From Azolla caroliniana (Eukaryota > Plantae > Polypodiophyta), in NCBI GenBank assembly GCA_043228905.1, contig JBHGNT010000123.1:9731-73730 (forward strand): a stretch of 64,000 bases of DNA, read 5' to 3'. Under the pieces are notes generated by a model. The model was given only the letters and a program-made list of their open reading frames with translations. It had not been told where the DNA came from and made no database searches. Below are positions 13,141 through 25,131 of the stretch, one piece after another (positions within the stretch are counted from its first letter, which is position 1; the number at the start of each line of letters is the position of its first letter). A program made the translations under genes and the position numbers.

Positions 13141-13783
13141 CTACGCTGGATGTGCTTCGTCTAGGAATGGTAGGCCGCATTCTTAGCAAGGTGGATGGCA
13201 CTTTGACTGTCGCAATAGAGTCGGTATTCATCTTGCCGGAAACCGAGCTCTCCGATGAAGTCCTTCATCCATAATATTTCCTTGCCGGCTTCCACAGCCG
13301 CCATGTACTCCGCTTTTGTGGTTGCCAACGCAACCGTCTTCTGCAGCCTCGACTGCCACGAAACAACTCCCCCTGCATATGTCATTATGTACCCGGATGT
13401 AGACCGGCTGGTATCGACATCAGTCGACATGTCCGAATCGGTAAAACCGTCAATTTGAGGTTTTCCGGAGCCGAATCAGAGACACATATTTGAAGTGCCC
13501 TTCAAGTACCGGAGTATCCATTTGACCGCGTTCCAGTCCTCCTTGCCGGGATTGCTCATAAACCGGCTCATCACTCCGACTGCGTATCCTATATCCGGTC
13601 GGGTACACACCATTGCGTACATTAAGCTCCCGACGACAGAGGCATATGGAACCTTCATCATATCAGCCTTCTCTGCTTTCGTCTTCGGGCTTTGCTTACT
13701 GGATAATCTGTAGTTTGCCGGGAGTGTCGATCCGACCGGTTTCGCTTCTAACATGTTGAAACGTTGAAGCACCTTTGTCACGT
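13141..13783 (-). pseudogene. Copia RT end and RNase H, truncated at the C-terminus
   Basis: PYASVVGSLMYAMVCTRPDI, STSGY, AEYMA and CDSQSAIHLAKN. The sequence stops before the RNase H end and the PPT. Confidence 0.92.
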
Positions 13784-14843
13784 TGTTGCGTTGTTACGCG
13801 CATGCGTGGAGAACAAGGCGGGACCACCGAGGTCTTGGACCGAGGAATAGGTGAGAGAAGGGAGAGAGAGAGAGAGACACGCTCACACACGTATAGACAA
13901 AGAAGCGCACGGGAACGCGGTCCAACGACACAAGAGACACGAGTTGAACGGGGAATAGAGTATAAGAACACCAATGTATGTATATAAAATAAGTATGCAG
14001 ACGATGCGAACGGTTACAACCGATCAGGCCGGCTAGATGGATACCGACGCCTGACCACCCACGCGCGCAGGGGTGCGAGATGGAGACTCTGCTGGAAGTA
14101 CACGGGTGTTCCACGGAGCAGAATCAGCCTCTCGAGAACCTACGCACAAGAAAGCTACGGAGAATGACAGAGAAGTGCTCGGTCCCAGTCCGACAGCACT
14201 TCGTCCCCTCTCGCGCGCGATACCTCTCTCTCCCCCGTCTCCCTCTCTTTTATAGCTCAAGGAGGGAGACCGTTTTCACCCGTATACATCACATTAATTC
14301 TTTGTCCTTTCGAACAGAGACACTCCTCGATTCTCCCTATGGAATATTGCTACCTAGGGTTTGACTTTGTGCCCACCTATCTACTATACAACAGGGGCGT
14401 GCCCACGTGCAAGGCCAGTTCACACACACTTTGCGCCTGGGGACGGTTTTCCTCACGACATCCGCCCCCACCTAACCGCGCATCCACCGGTATGCGCCAA
14501 AATTGGGTTCCTACTGGAGAAAACCGGTCCTGGCTTTTATTCCTCGTTTACCGGTTCGTCCTCCGCCTCGGGCTGCTCGTCGTTGCTGTCCATGCCCCCT
14601 AGCTCCGACTCCCCGTCGTGTCGTTTCTTGAACGCTTTGATCCTCTTCCCCGCTACCGGTATCGCCATTCTCGTACCGTCGAGCTCCGCGAGATGGTACG
14701 TCCCATTATCGTTGGCGACTGTTACTACGTAAGGCCCGAACCACCTCCTCGCAAACTTCCGCGTGGCCCTATGCTGATTGTCGAGGCTGTTGTCGTAGAC
14801 TAGCACCCAGTCGCCTTCCTCGATCTTCCTTGGTCGGAGCCGG

Positions 14844-17800
14844 TGTCGTGAAGATTTTCGTCCATAGGTGGAAACCGGGGTGGGAAGGGCAAGTCGGTGG
14901 TGTGCTACATGTGCACATGTAAACTAGGATATGGTGTATAGAAAGAGAGGGGAAATTTTATCCCACATTGTAAGGTCCCTCCCTCCTTGGGCTATAAAAG
15001 GAAGGGAGGGGTCACTTATGAGGGGTTTGCCTAATTTTGAGTGTGAGTGAGGTATACCACTTAGTCTAGGGTCCTCCTTCTTCCCATTTCGTTTTAGGGT
15101 TAGGGTTCGCTTAGGGTTTTCTTCTTGGGTTTCCCTTTAGGGTTTTTGATATAGTCGTTTGGTGCGGCCATGGCGGCCACCATTGTTGTAATCATTCACT
15201 TGTTTTTAATATAGCTTGTTGTGGATCTTGCTTCCATCTATTTCGGTCTATGCTTATGTGCTACTCTTCATCTTCTCATCCGGTGTTAAGCTACCACTTC
15301 TCATATCTTATTCCTTCTCCTCTACTCCCTAGTCCAAGACCCCCGTGGTCCCGCCCCTTCTACACGCACGCGCGTAACAACGCGACATCTTTGGTGAACC
15401 CGACGTGAAGGGCGGCAAGGGAGCATGGAGATGGAAGAAGACTTCGACTTCGAGGAGATGATGGCAAAGATCGTGATGGAAGTTGGACGGAAGATGGCGA
15501 AGCGAGATGCGGCTCAACAAGCCGTTGAAAGGGTGGTCGATCGAGTCGACCGGTTTGATGGGAATGAGGTCCTAAAAATTTTGGGAGCCTACAAGGCCGA
15601 GATGGCGAAAGGGGGTGTAGACGAGGCGATGCGACTAGAGTATTTTCCCCGAGTGGCGGCCGTATCGATGCACAAGGAGGTCAAGGAGCTACGAGAAGCT
15701 CACGAGTCGTGGGTGTCCTTTGAGGGAGCCCTATTGGAGGCGTACGGGTACACAGAACTGGAAGGAAGAGGTCAACATGAGTTCGATCGGTGGGCGTGCA
15801 TACAATGCGATGAGAGGCGATCGGCCACAACGCGGCCCGCGAGCGGCGGAGAAGAGAGAGCGGCGACCGACTACGCACTATCGCCGGAAGAGAGCTCAAC
15901 GCAAATCGGTTCGGAGGAGCTCGACCTAGAGGTGCTAATACGGGAGGCATGCGAACTTGTGAAGGCGAAAATCGGAGCCGAAGAAGGGCTTGTTATGGAG
16001 TTGGGCCGGAGGCGATCGGAGGATGCGGACGAAGAAGCCTCCCTAGACGTAGAAGACGGGGCCTATACGGAGGCCGAAAGAGCGTACGACGGCAACATGG
16101 GAGAGGGTGCGGAGCAAGCGACCCTCTTGCCTTGCGATGAAGGGACGGCCATGGAGGCCGGTAACTATGGATTCGGGACATGGCGGCCCAAAACATCAAG
16201 CAGGAAGGCGAGTGGCCGAAACGACGACGAAGGGGAGGCGGCAAGCATGATTGAAGCTTGCATAATCGGAGGCAGGTTAGCCACGGACAACGACGTCCGA
16301 ACGGAGGCGGCTACGGACACAACGAGCGGCGGTGCCGTGACCTTACACACACCGACCCTAGAGGTTCCGGCGGTCGGCCCGAGTGCCGGCATGAGACCTA
16401 GAGCGATGGACAGTGGTGGTGGCAAGGCGGGTTACCACGACGACGAAGAGAACGAGGAAGAGATAGCCATGGACCACGGCGTCCGAACGAAGGTGGCTAC
16501 GAACATGGCATCGGCGAATAACGGTACCGGGACTTTTCCCACACCTATTCTAGAGACTTCGGCGGTCGGCCCCGAGAGCCCACGTGAGACCGGAGAGACG
16601 GAAGGTGGCGGCGGCAAAGCGGACGATCGAAACGACGACGAGGAAGGTCATAGCAGACGGAGGCAAGACGTCTCGACACCAAGACTGGAGACTACAGCGG
16701 TTGTGCTCGAATGCCAACATAAGACCAGAGAGAAGGGCGGTGGCCGTGAGGAGGCGTGGCCCGGAGTGAAAACGTACGAAGATGAGGATGCGAGGCCCGG
16801 AACGGGCATATACGAGAGGACCGATGGAGAGGTCGGGAACGGCAACGAGGAGAGAGTCGAGAACCGACCCGACCGGAAGATGAACCGGTTGATAATCCGA
16901 CACGACTGGAAGACGACGTGGAAGAAGATTGGAGCGGGGTCCGGTCAACCGGGCCCGAACTGAAGAAGAGCCGGCAAGGCCGGATTTGTTCGGACAAACA
17001 TGTACCGGCCGGTTACGATCACGGAAGGGAGCCGACCAAACCGGAACTCGATCGGCCGAGACCGATCCGGGCGAAGGCTAAGTCGGCATGATTGGAGGTT
17101 GAGGCGATCGGGCCACAACACTCGGTGGGAGCCGGTGAGCACGAGAAAGAGGCCAAGCATGCACAACGAGTACGGATCGGTGAGAGGCCGAGAGCAAGAG
17201 GGACCCTCCCCGCCTATTCTAGAGACTTCGGCGGTTGCGGATCAACATAAGACTGAAGAGACGACGGGTGGCGGCGAGGAGTTGGAGACTGGAATGGACG
17301 AGGCTACCAGAACGGGTACCCGGTGCGTGAAGACGTATGAGCACGGCCAAGATGGCAAGCCGGAGTCGGAAGGGGCTACGGCAAAGAAGGACGAAGAGAC
17401 CGACGTGGAGGTCGGGTTTACGACGAGTGAGGCGCGTAATACGAAGTACGCACTACGGCGTAAAACGGAGCATGCACTACGGCCGACGAAGGGCCAAGAA
17501 GCAAGCATGCACCCGGAAGAGCGGCAACGAGTGACCGGCAACGGCGGACCGGTCGAGCCTTTGAGAGGCAAGCATGCGGCGAGAGACGAAGCCGTAAGGT
17601 GCCGAGATCGGCGGATGGGTGACGAGAGCGAAGGATGATGCGCGGAGAACAATGGGGTACACACTGGGAAGAGAAAATGTGGCGGCTTCCCGGAGGGCAT
17701 ACAAGGCCAAGCGGGCCAAGAGGGCGTAAGTCGAGGCGAGGCGGTAACGGGAGTCGCGAAGGACACTGACATGGTGGTCGGGATGACGGTACGCTCTACG

Positions 17801-18954
17801 GCGAGAGAGCACGGTGAGCAAAGGAGAAACGAGGAGCGCGTAATGAGGTCGCCGAGGGACCAAAGAACGAGTGCATGTTCGGGAGACTACAAGGGCACAC
17901 GGAAAGAGCCTACGGAAGGTGAAAACGGAACGGAGGGAATCGGCACGAGGTGTTCGAGACGAAGAGAGGATCGAGCCGGAGATAGAACACAAGCGGTACG
18001 CAAGGGGCGGAATCCGGCGAGCAAACGGGGTGACCGAGGGCCTAATCGGAGGACCTACGTGGCGGACAAAGAAAGAGTGACCGGATCGGCAATGGCGTTC
18101 GGGAGAACCGACCGGGGAGGAAGGCGAACGCGGTGGATATGGCAGTTCGGATGGAATCGATGTTTCGGGGACACACGGTGGACGTGGTGGATCGGTTGGA
18201 GCCGTCGGCTCGAGGACGTGCGACAGATACGGTGGAACGGGGTGCTACGATGGTTCGTGTGGAAGGGATGGGCGTGCTCGAAATGGAAAACGAAGCCGAG
18301 CAAGGCCAACGAGGACACGACGGACCTCGGTTTTATCACCATGGCCGAAAAATCTCATCTCTTCTCCTTTCTTGGCACATACCAGTGGATGTGCGGTTTG
18401 GTGGGGGCGGATATCGTGAAGATTTTCATCCATAGGCGGAAACCGGGGTGGGAAGGGCAAGTCGGTGGTGTGCTACATGTGCACATGTAAACTAGGATAT
18501 GGTGTATAGAAAGAGAGGGGAAATTTTATCCCACATTGTAAGGTCCCTCCCTCCTTGGGCTATAAAAGGAAGGGAGGGGTCACTTATGAGGGGTTGCCTA
18601 ATTTTGAGTGTGAGTGAGGTATACCACTTAGTCTAGGGTCCTCCTTCTTCCCATTTCGTTTTAGGGTTAGGGTTCGCTTAGGGTTTTCTTCTTGGGTTTC
18701 CCTTTAGGGTTTTTGATATAGTCGTTTGGTGCGGCCATGGCGGCCACCATTGTTGTAATCATTCACTTGTTTTTAATATAGCTTGTTGTGGATCTTGCTT
18801 CCATCTATTTCGGTCTATGCTTATGTGCTACTCTTCATCTTCTCATCCGGTGTTAAGCTACCACTTCTCATATCTTATTCCTTCTCCTCTACTCCCTAGT
18901 CCAAGATCCCCGTGGTCCCGCCCCTTCTACATGCACGCGCGTAACAACGCGACA
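14844..18954 (+). mobile_element. Element B: non-autonomous Gag-only LTR element
   Basis: LTRs 14844-15387 and 18412-18954, TSD CCGG, tRNA-Trp PBS 15392-15409, same PPT as A. No PR, RT or IN. Confidence 0.96.
15425..18490 (+). pseudogene. Element B ORF: Gag N-terminus + repeat tail + W/R-rich end, with in-frame stops
   Basis: ORFs starting 15425, 17000 and 17771 share one frame. The N-terminus RFDGNEV..Y..EM..RLEYFPRVA aligns with Gag of A and C. Confidence 0.85.
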
Positions 18955-21900
18955 CCGGTGTGTTCGGTCGAACCAGGCTTTGTTCCTTATCCTCGCTACC
19001 CGAAGTGTCTCCGCGGCTCGCTCTACATCCTCTGGCCTCCGCTCGAGCTGTTGAATTCGTGCCGCCAACAGTTCCTCCCGGCTCATCTCATCCCTCCAGT
19101 CCACCGTGGCCCACGAGGAGATCGTTCGCTCTGTTGGCATGATCAACTTCTGTCCGAACATAAGCTCTGCCGGCATGAACCCGGTTACCGAACTGTGCGT
19201 AGTCCGGTCCGCCCACAAGGCATAAGGTAGTAGCCGTGGCCAATTCTCGACTTGGCCTCCGCATGCCCGTACTAGCGCTTTGACAATCGGCCCGTGTTCG
19301 CGCTCTACCTTCCTGTTCGCCTCCGGATTGTACGCTGTGGTGAGCGAAAGTTTGACTCCTAACCGGTCGAACAGCTCTTCGGCCTCTTCTGCATCCAACT
19401 CACCATGGTCAGCCACGACCTTCCCTATGCACCTGTATCAACATATCACGTCCTCAAATAAAAAACCGGCACACTGCCGCCGTCGTCTTGTTCTGCAGGG
19501 CTCGGCCTTCAACCTGGTTCGTTAGATCTTCCTGAGCCAGCACCAGATACCGCATCTGTCCTACCCCCATTGGCATCGTCACCAAATCCACCATCCACTT
19601 GAAGTGGATGGTTAGAGGGTAGGTCGGGTGAAGCTCGTCCCGATATTGGATCATGGAGTGCACCTGACAGCTTTCGCAAGTCGTCACGAACCGATGCACG
19701 TCCCGGTATAGTCCCGACCACCAGTACTTCCCCTTTAGCTTTTCGAACGTGGCCCATGTTCCACGGTGTCCAGCCCACGGGCTATCGTGGTACGCCGCCA
19801 ACAACTCCTCCTGTTCCTCCTTCTTCGCCACCACTCGGAGCGGGATGCCGTTCCTCTTCTTCGGGTGCTTCCATATGTACCCGTCCCGGAAGAAGAATCG
19901 GTATGCTTTCTTCCGAATCCGGTTGGCCTCATCCCTTGTCCATGCTGCGTCCAATGTCATTGTTTTCAGGAACCCGCCGATCTGCAGCCACTCCCCGTTG
20001 TACTTGCTCTTGTCGAAATCGTTAAGCATTGGAGAGCATTCCCTACCGGTTGTTACGTAAGCCGCCTCAAAGAAGTCCACGCCGACTTCCTCGTCCTCCG
20101 AAACCATGCTGCCATCGTTTTCGAACCTCGCCCTTGAAAGCATGTCGGCCATGGCGTTGTCTTTCCCGGAAATGTGTCGTTTTTCCGGATTCAGGGACTT
20201 GATGTACGCTATCCACTTGAGCATTGCCATGTCCGGCGTCGCGCATCCGGAAACCATGCCAAGAATCGGCAGGCAGTCCGTCTCGATAATTACCTCTGTC
20301 CCGATCAGGTAGTCTTTATCGGCCTTTACCGCCGAAACGATACCCCAGAGCTCGCGTTTAACCTGGGCGTATCTTCGTTGTTGCTCACTGAGGACCTTCG
20401 CGCCGAATCGGATCAGGAAACGCATGCCGTCCTCGTCCTCTTGGTTGACAACCCATCCGATCCCGGTTGGACTCGTGTCTACCGTTACGTAAATTGGAGT
20501 GCTCTTTCCGTAGACAGCCTTTCAGAGCGCCGGAGCCGCGGCAAGTGCTTCCTTCATCTTCCGGACATACTCCGTATGCTCGTCTCTCCACTCGAATTAT
20601 CACCCCTTTTTCAGCAACCCGTATAACGGTTCCGCGACGTGGGCGTAATGCGGGATCCATATGTGGTAGAACGCGCATGCTTCCAAGAACCTCCGAACCT
20701 CCGTGATCGAGCTACAATCGTGCTTCATCGCGGAGATGGCTTCTACCTTAGCCGGAGACGGTTTCCGGCCGTACGACCTGCATAGGTGTCCGACGACCAT
20801 GATCTCTGATTGCCCGAAGGCCGATTTTCCCCCGAAGAAGGTGAGCCTCGCGCCCTCTAACCTCTGTAGCACCTTTTCGCAGTCATCGATGTGCGTCGCC
20901 ACGAATTTCCGGCACCCGTCCGGTCTGATCGTCTCGTCCTTTTCCTCCACTGGGCATCCCATGATCGGGATGTCGTCCAAAAACGGCATGGTGATGTCCG
21001 GGATACAATCCCTTAGTACCTTGTTCATTGCGTTCACCATGTGAGCCACCGAGTTCGTCCCTCCTTGCGGTAGGGTACACATCCGTACTAGGCCGAGAGG
21101 AGTTCGCATTGTCGTGATGTCCCTGCTCTCTATGGCTAGCTGGAACTACCCTAAGTATAGATCACCGACCGAGTAAATCGACCTTCCGGCGAAGGCCTCC
21201 GCGAACTCGTCTATCGTCGGTCCGATTCCTGCGTTTCGAATGGTCACCTTGTTGACCGGCTGCAGGTCTTGAATAAAGCGCAACGTGCTGTCCTTCTTCG
21301 GCACGGTAAACCACCGATTCGAGTATGGGGCACTCGACGGTTCGAGGATGCCCATTTTGACCTTCTGCTTTAACAACTCCATCAGCTTCGGGATGTGAGC
21401 TCTGGGTACCGGAATCGGTCTGAGACTCCACGGCACATGGGGTATCGTGAATATCACCATCGGTTCCACGACTGTCGGGTCTACGCACCCGATCTCCTCT
21501 GGTGAGAATGTGAAAGCCTTCCCGTGGCTTCCGAGCATTCCCCGAAACCGGTCCTCTTCCGCTAGCAGTAGGAAGCCGCCCCCACCGATTTTGAGCTCAC
21601 GTAGCGTTATGTCGGTGAATGTGTGTCCTATGCGGGCCGGATTTCATAAACTCGGGTCCGACGCAACCCCTTTCATTTGCAACTCGCTGCCCTCCGGCAA
21701 GGGAGCCGCGACTGGCTTCACCTTCCGGTCCATAGTCTTGTACCTCGTCTCCACTCGGGCCGTCCGATCTGACTCGAGCCCCGTTCTGAAGTCCACGATG
21801 ACTTCGTACATCCTTTCCGAACATACCGGAATCGTCCGGTCCTCTTTAAGGACCCCTCTGACTACCTTCCGCAGCTCCCCCAAGGTATCATCGAAAGAGA

Positions 21901-24900
21901 CCGCCTCCACGGCTCCGTTGATTTCCTCTCCAGGGCCGAGGATACCACATGCCCGAAGTCGCTCCTCCGCCCTTCTCTTCTTCCGGCCAACGACGTCGAC
22001 TACCGTACACCCTCCGTTGTCGGAGAAGCAAAATTTCCTACCTATAGTACAAGTCTTCTTCGCTATCGTACACTTGTGGGGTTTTCCCGGAGTGTCCGGA
22101 CTATCGCGGCCCCACGCCTTGATAACCCTCTCTAACTCTCGGCTTTCGCCCCCGAGGGTCTCGCGGTTCCGCTCATGGTTCGGTCTCACCGTCAGGAACT
22201 GGACCAAGTGGCGCCCATCCTGGCCCTTGACCCTTGCATAGGCCGAGCCGTTGTCCAACACCTTGGTCTCCATCCATGCTGCCGTGATGTACGGTTCTCC
22301 TAGTATAACCGGATGTGAGGACGTCTCCTGCACGAAGAAGTGCTGGTCAATCTTGACATCGCCGATCTTTACTCGTACATTCGGGCAAGCTCCATGCAGT
22401 TCTTCAGTGGCACGTGTCGCTGCCCGTATTTTCCACCCGTGCTTGGTGTTGATCGGCCATTTCCCCTTCTTGTAGAAGTCCATGGACATCAAATTGATTT
22501 CAGAACCGTGGTCCACCAACGCCACCACCAGTTCATGAACATCCCCGATCTTCACGGGGGTCTCCATGGTCGCTCTGGCCCAGTGCGGCCTCGAATAGTG
22601 GCTCTCCGCCAACTCGTCTTCTAGCGCCATGTCCTTTATGTGCGTCGTCCGCACCTCCACCGACTTCTCCGGTTCCGTCTCCGTCGACAGCCTCTTCCTC
22701 TTCACCAAGTCTACGATGGAGTCGTGGAACTCCTTCTTGGCGATCCCGAGCACTTCCCTCAGCGACAGTTCCACCTTGCTGTCGAGGACTCGCTCTTCCA
22801 GGACCTTTCGTAGGTCCGTGGATCTTTCGATTTCTGTGCCCAGCCAGTACCCGCTCTTCTTGGGATTATCCTGGGCGCCGGTTACGCCGGCCTCATTCCG
22901 CCTTTGCCCGAATCGGGTTTCATATCATTGCGAGGGCCCGGCCCCTTCGGTTTTCCCTACCCGCTTGTCCTCCACCAGAGCCTCGTAGTTTTGACAAGCG
23001 GCTTCGACGAAGCCTGTCTTTTCTTCCACCGGGTCACTCCACCCGGTTACCTCCCGGACCCGTTTTTCTGCGCGGTCTGCCTCTTCTTTCCTTAGTCGTG
23101 CGCCGGCGAGGCCTTCTAGCATCGTTGGCCAGAACCCGGCTTTGTTCGTCTTCGGGGCCTCGCCACCTCCGACCCGAATACCAGCCGACACCGAATAGTG
23201 GACGGTCTCCACGTGACGAGCCGCCGCCTCCTCCATCAGCCTTTTCATACCTCCTCGTCCGACGTTCAGGTCCAGGGGCCTTTGGGTCTCGCTGGCGTGC
23301 ACCCGACCGTTCCATAGGTACACCACTTTGCTTCTCATCGCCTCGGAGAAGTCCCCGCAGTCCTTCCGGATGTGGCCAACCGCGTCACACCACATGCACC
23401 TGTTTCCAGCCAGGGGTCGTCGGTCATGGGCCTGTTCGCCATCGTCCCTCCGTGCCTGGGCGATCTGGAGATCTTTTACCATCCGCGTCAGTTCCTCCAG
23501 AGCTGCTCCCCCGGGCGAGCCCTTGACCATGCAGGTCGAAGCCGATCCGGTCTCGAGCCAATCTCGGGTCTCTTCCCTTCGCGTTGGTGGTGTTGGCTCG
23601 AGCTTCCTTGCTGCGACAGAGCCCGCCCCTATCGATCCTTTGTCAACCCATTCCCGCCGTTTGTCTAAACGGCCACAGACCCTCTTCACCACGGCCTAGT
23701 CGGCCGTCAGCCTGACATCAGTCTCCAATAGGAGGCCTACTTGCTCCCGATCCCGCTCATCAACTGACTTAACAAACAATAGGACACGACTTGTGTCCAG
23801 AATGGTCCGGTCAAGCACCGAGAGGCGCGCGAAGCTTTCCTCAAACTCCCGGAGGAGCACCGACACGTTCCTTCCTTTGTCGGGGGTCTCCACCCACTCC
23901 ATGAAGTCCCGCTTCGAAAGTCGAAGCGCATCTTCAAGCCCGTATTTTTCAAGGAGCCGACCTTCGAACTCCTCCCAGGTCCGGCTCTCGGCCCGTACCT
24001 CGAGCACCTCCGTATGGATGCCTGGCATCGCCACTCGAGGGAATCCGGCTAGACGCCTCTCTTCTGGAATGTCCCTCATTACCATCTCAGCCCGGTAGGA
24101 CGCCAAGTAGCTCGTGGCATCCTTCCCACTAAACCGGCCAATCGTACCGACAACCGCCTCGATAGCCCTATCAAGGGCGCCGGTGCCTTCGCGCGCGCTC
24201 ACTATACGGTCCACAGCCGAAGCCATGGCATCTGCAAGGTCCGACCCCCTCATCTTCTACTCTACCCCCAGTTCACGTCGGGTTCACCAAATAGATGTCG
24301 TGTTGTTACGCGCGTTGTCGTGAAGAAAACCGTCCATAGGCGGAATCGGCGCACCAAGGCGTGGGAACCGGTTCTTCACGCGCGCACGCTCCAAGTTGTA
24401 CATAGAAGCGAATTGGGAGGATAATCGGCAGGAACGGGCCCTAACTCAAGTGGAGACAAAGACCGCGCGAACAGTCTTTTCGGTCGCGCGCGCGAACTGT
24501 ACGAGTCGGCGGCGTAACTACGCGGATGCGTGAAAAACGGAGCGGATCCCTGTCCAAAAGGGACAGGGAATAAAGCTGACACGACGGCCTGCTCGTCGGC
24601 CTATATAAGGAGCGGGAAAGAGCTGTTGCAGGGATCTCGCGGGGAGAGGACGAAGTGCTGTCGGACCGTTTCTGGACGCTTCTCTCTCTCTGTTTCCTTC
24701 CTTCCTGAGCTCCATAGCTTTTCTGTGCAGGGTTCCGAGGAGGCTCGCGCTGTTTCGAGGAACGCCCGAGTGCTTCCGGCAGCCCCTTTGAGCGTCGAAG
24801 TGAACAGGCGTCGGCATCTGTTCGCCGGCCTGTTCGGTTGTAACCAACCTGTGCCCCATCGAGGGTTGTAGTAGTGTTAGCCATTTTCTTAATATACATA

Positions 24901-25131
24901 TTAAGTCATTCGCATCTGTCTGTGTCAGTGTCTGTTCGCGTTCTCTGTGCTGAAGGGCCGTGTCCCTGTGTATCCCCGGTCCTCCGTAGCCGGTTCTCTC
25001 TCTCTTTCTCCTCCCTCGCTTGCTCTTTGGTTCGAGACCCCCGCGGTCCCGCCTCGATTCCACACGCACTTGCGTAATATCTCGACATATTTGGTGAACC
25101 CGACGTGAAAGAGGCGGCAGAAGAGCAGAAG

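Larger units (their letters stand above)
14537..24253 (-). pseudogene. Element A gag-PR-RT-RH-IN (stops and frameshifts; interrupted by B)
   Basis: CMWCDAVGHIRKDC knuckle, DHGSEINL protease, LPQG and FLDD in RT, RNase H IETDC, IN HHCC/DDE and GPY/F. Confidence 0.93.

Noticed and set aside
15090-15145. Interstitial telomere
   Set aside because: Only a few dispersed TTAGGG-type units, duplicated in both LTRs, so they are part of the LTR.
16334-16620. Stem-loop motif as a known ribozyme or riboswitch (hammerhead, HDV-like, twister, hairpin, TPP, C/D box)
   Set aside because: By eye, neither strand fits the required cores (no CUGAUGA/GAAA, no HDV P1.1/P2, no complete TPP or k-turn pattern). A covariance-model search is still needed.
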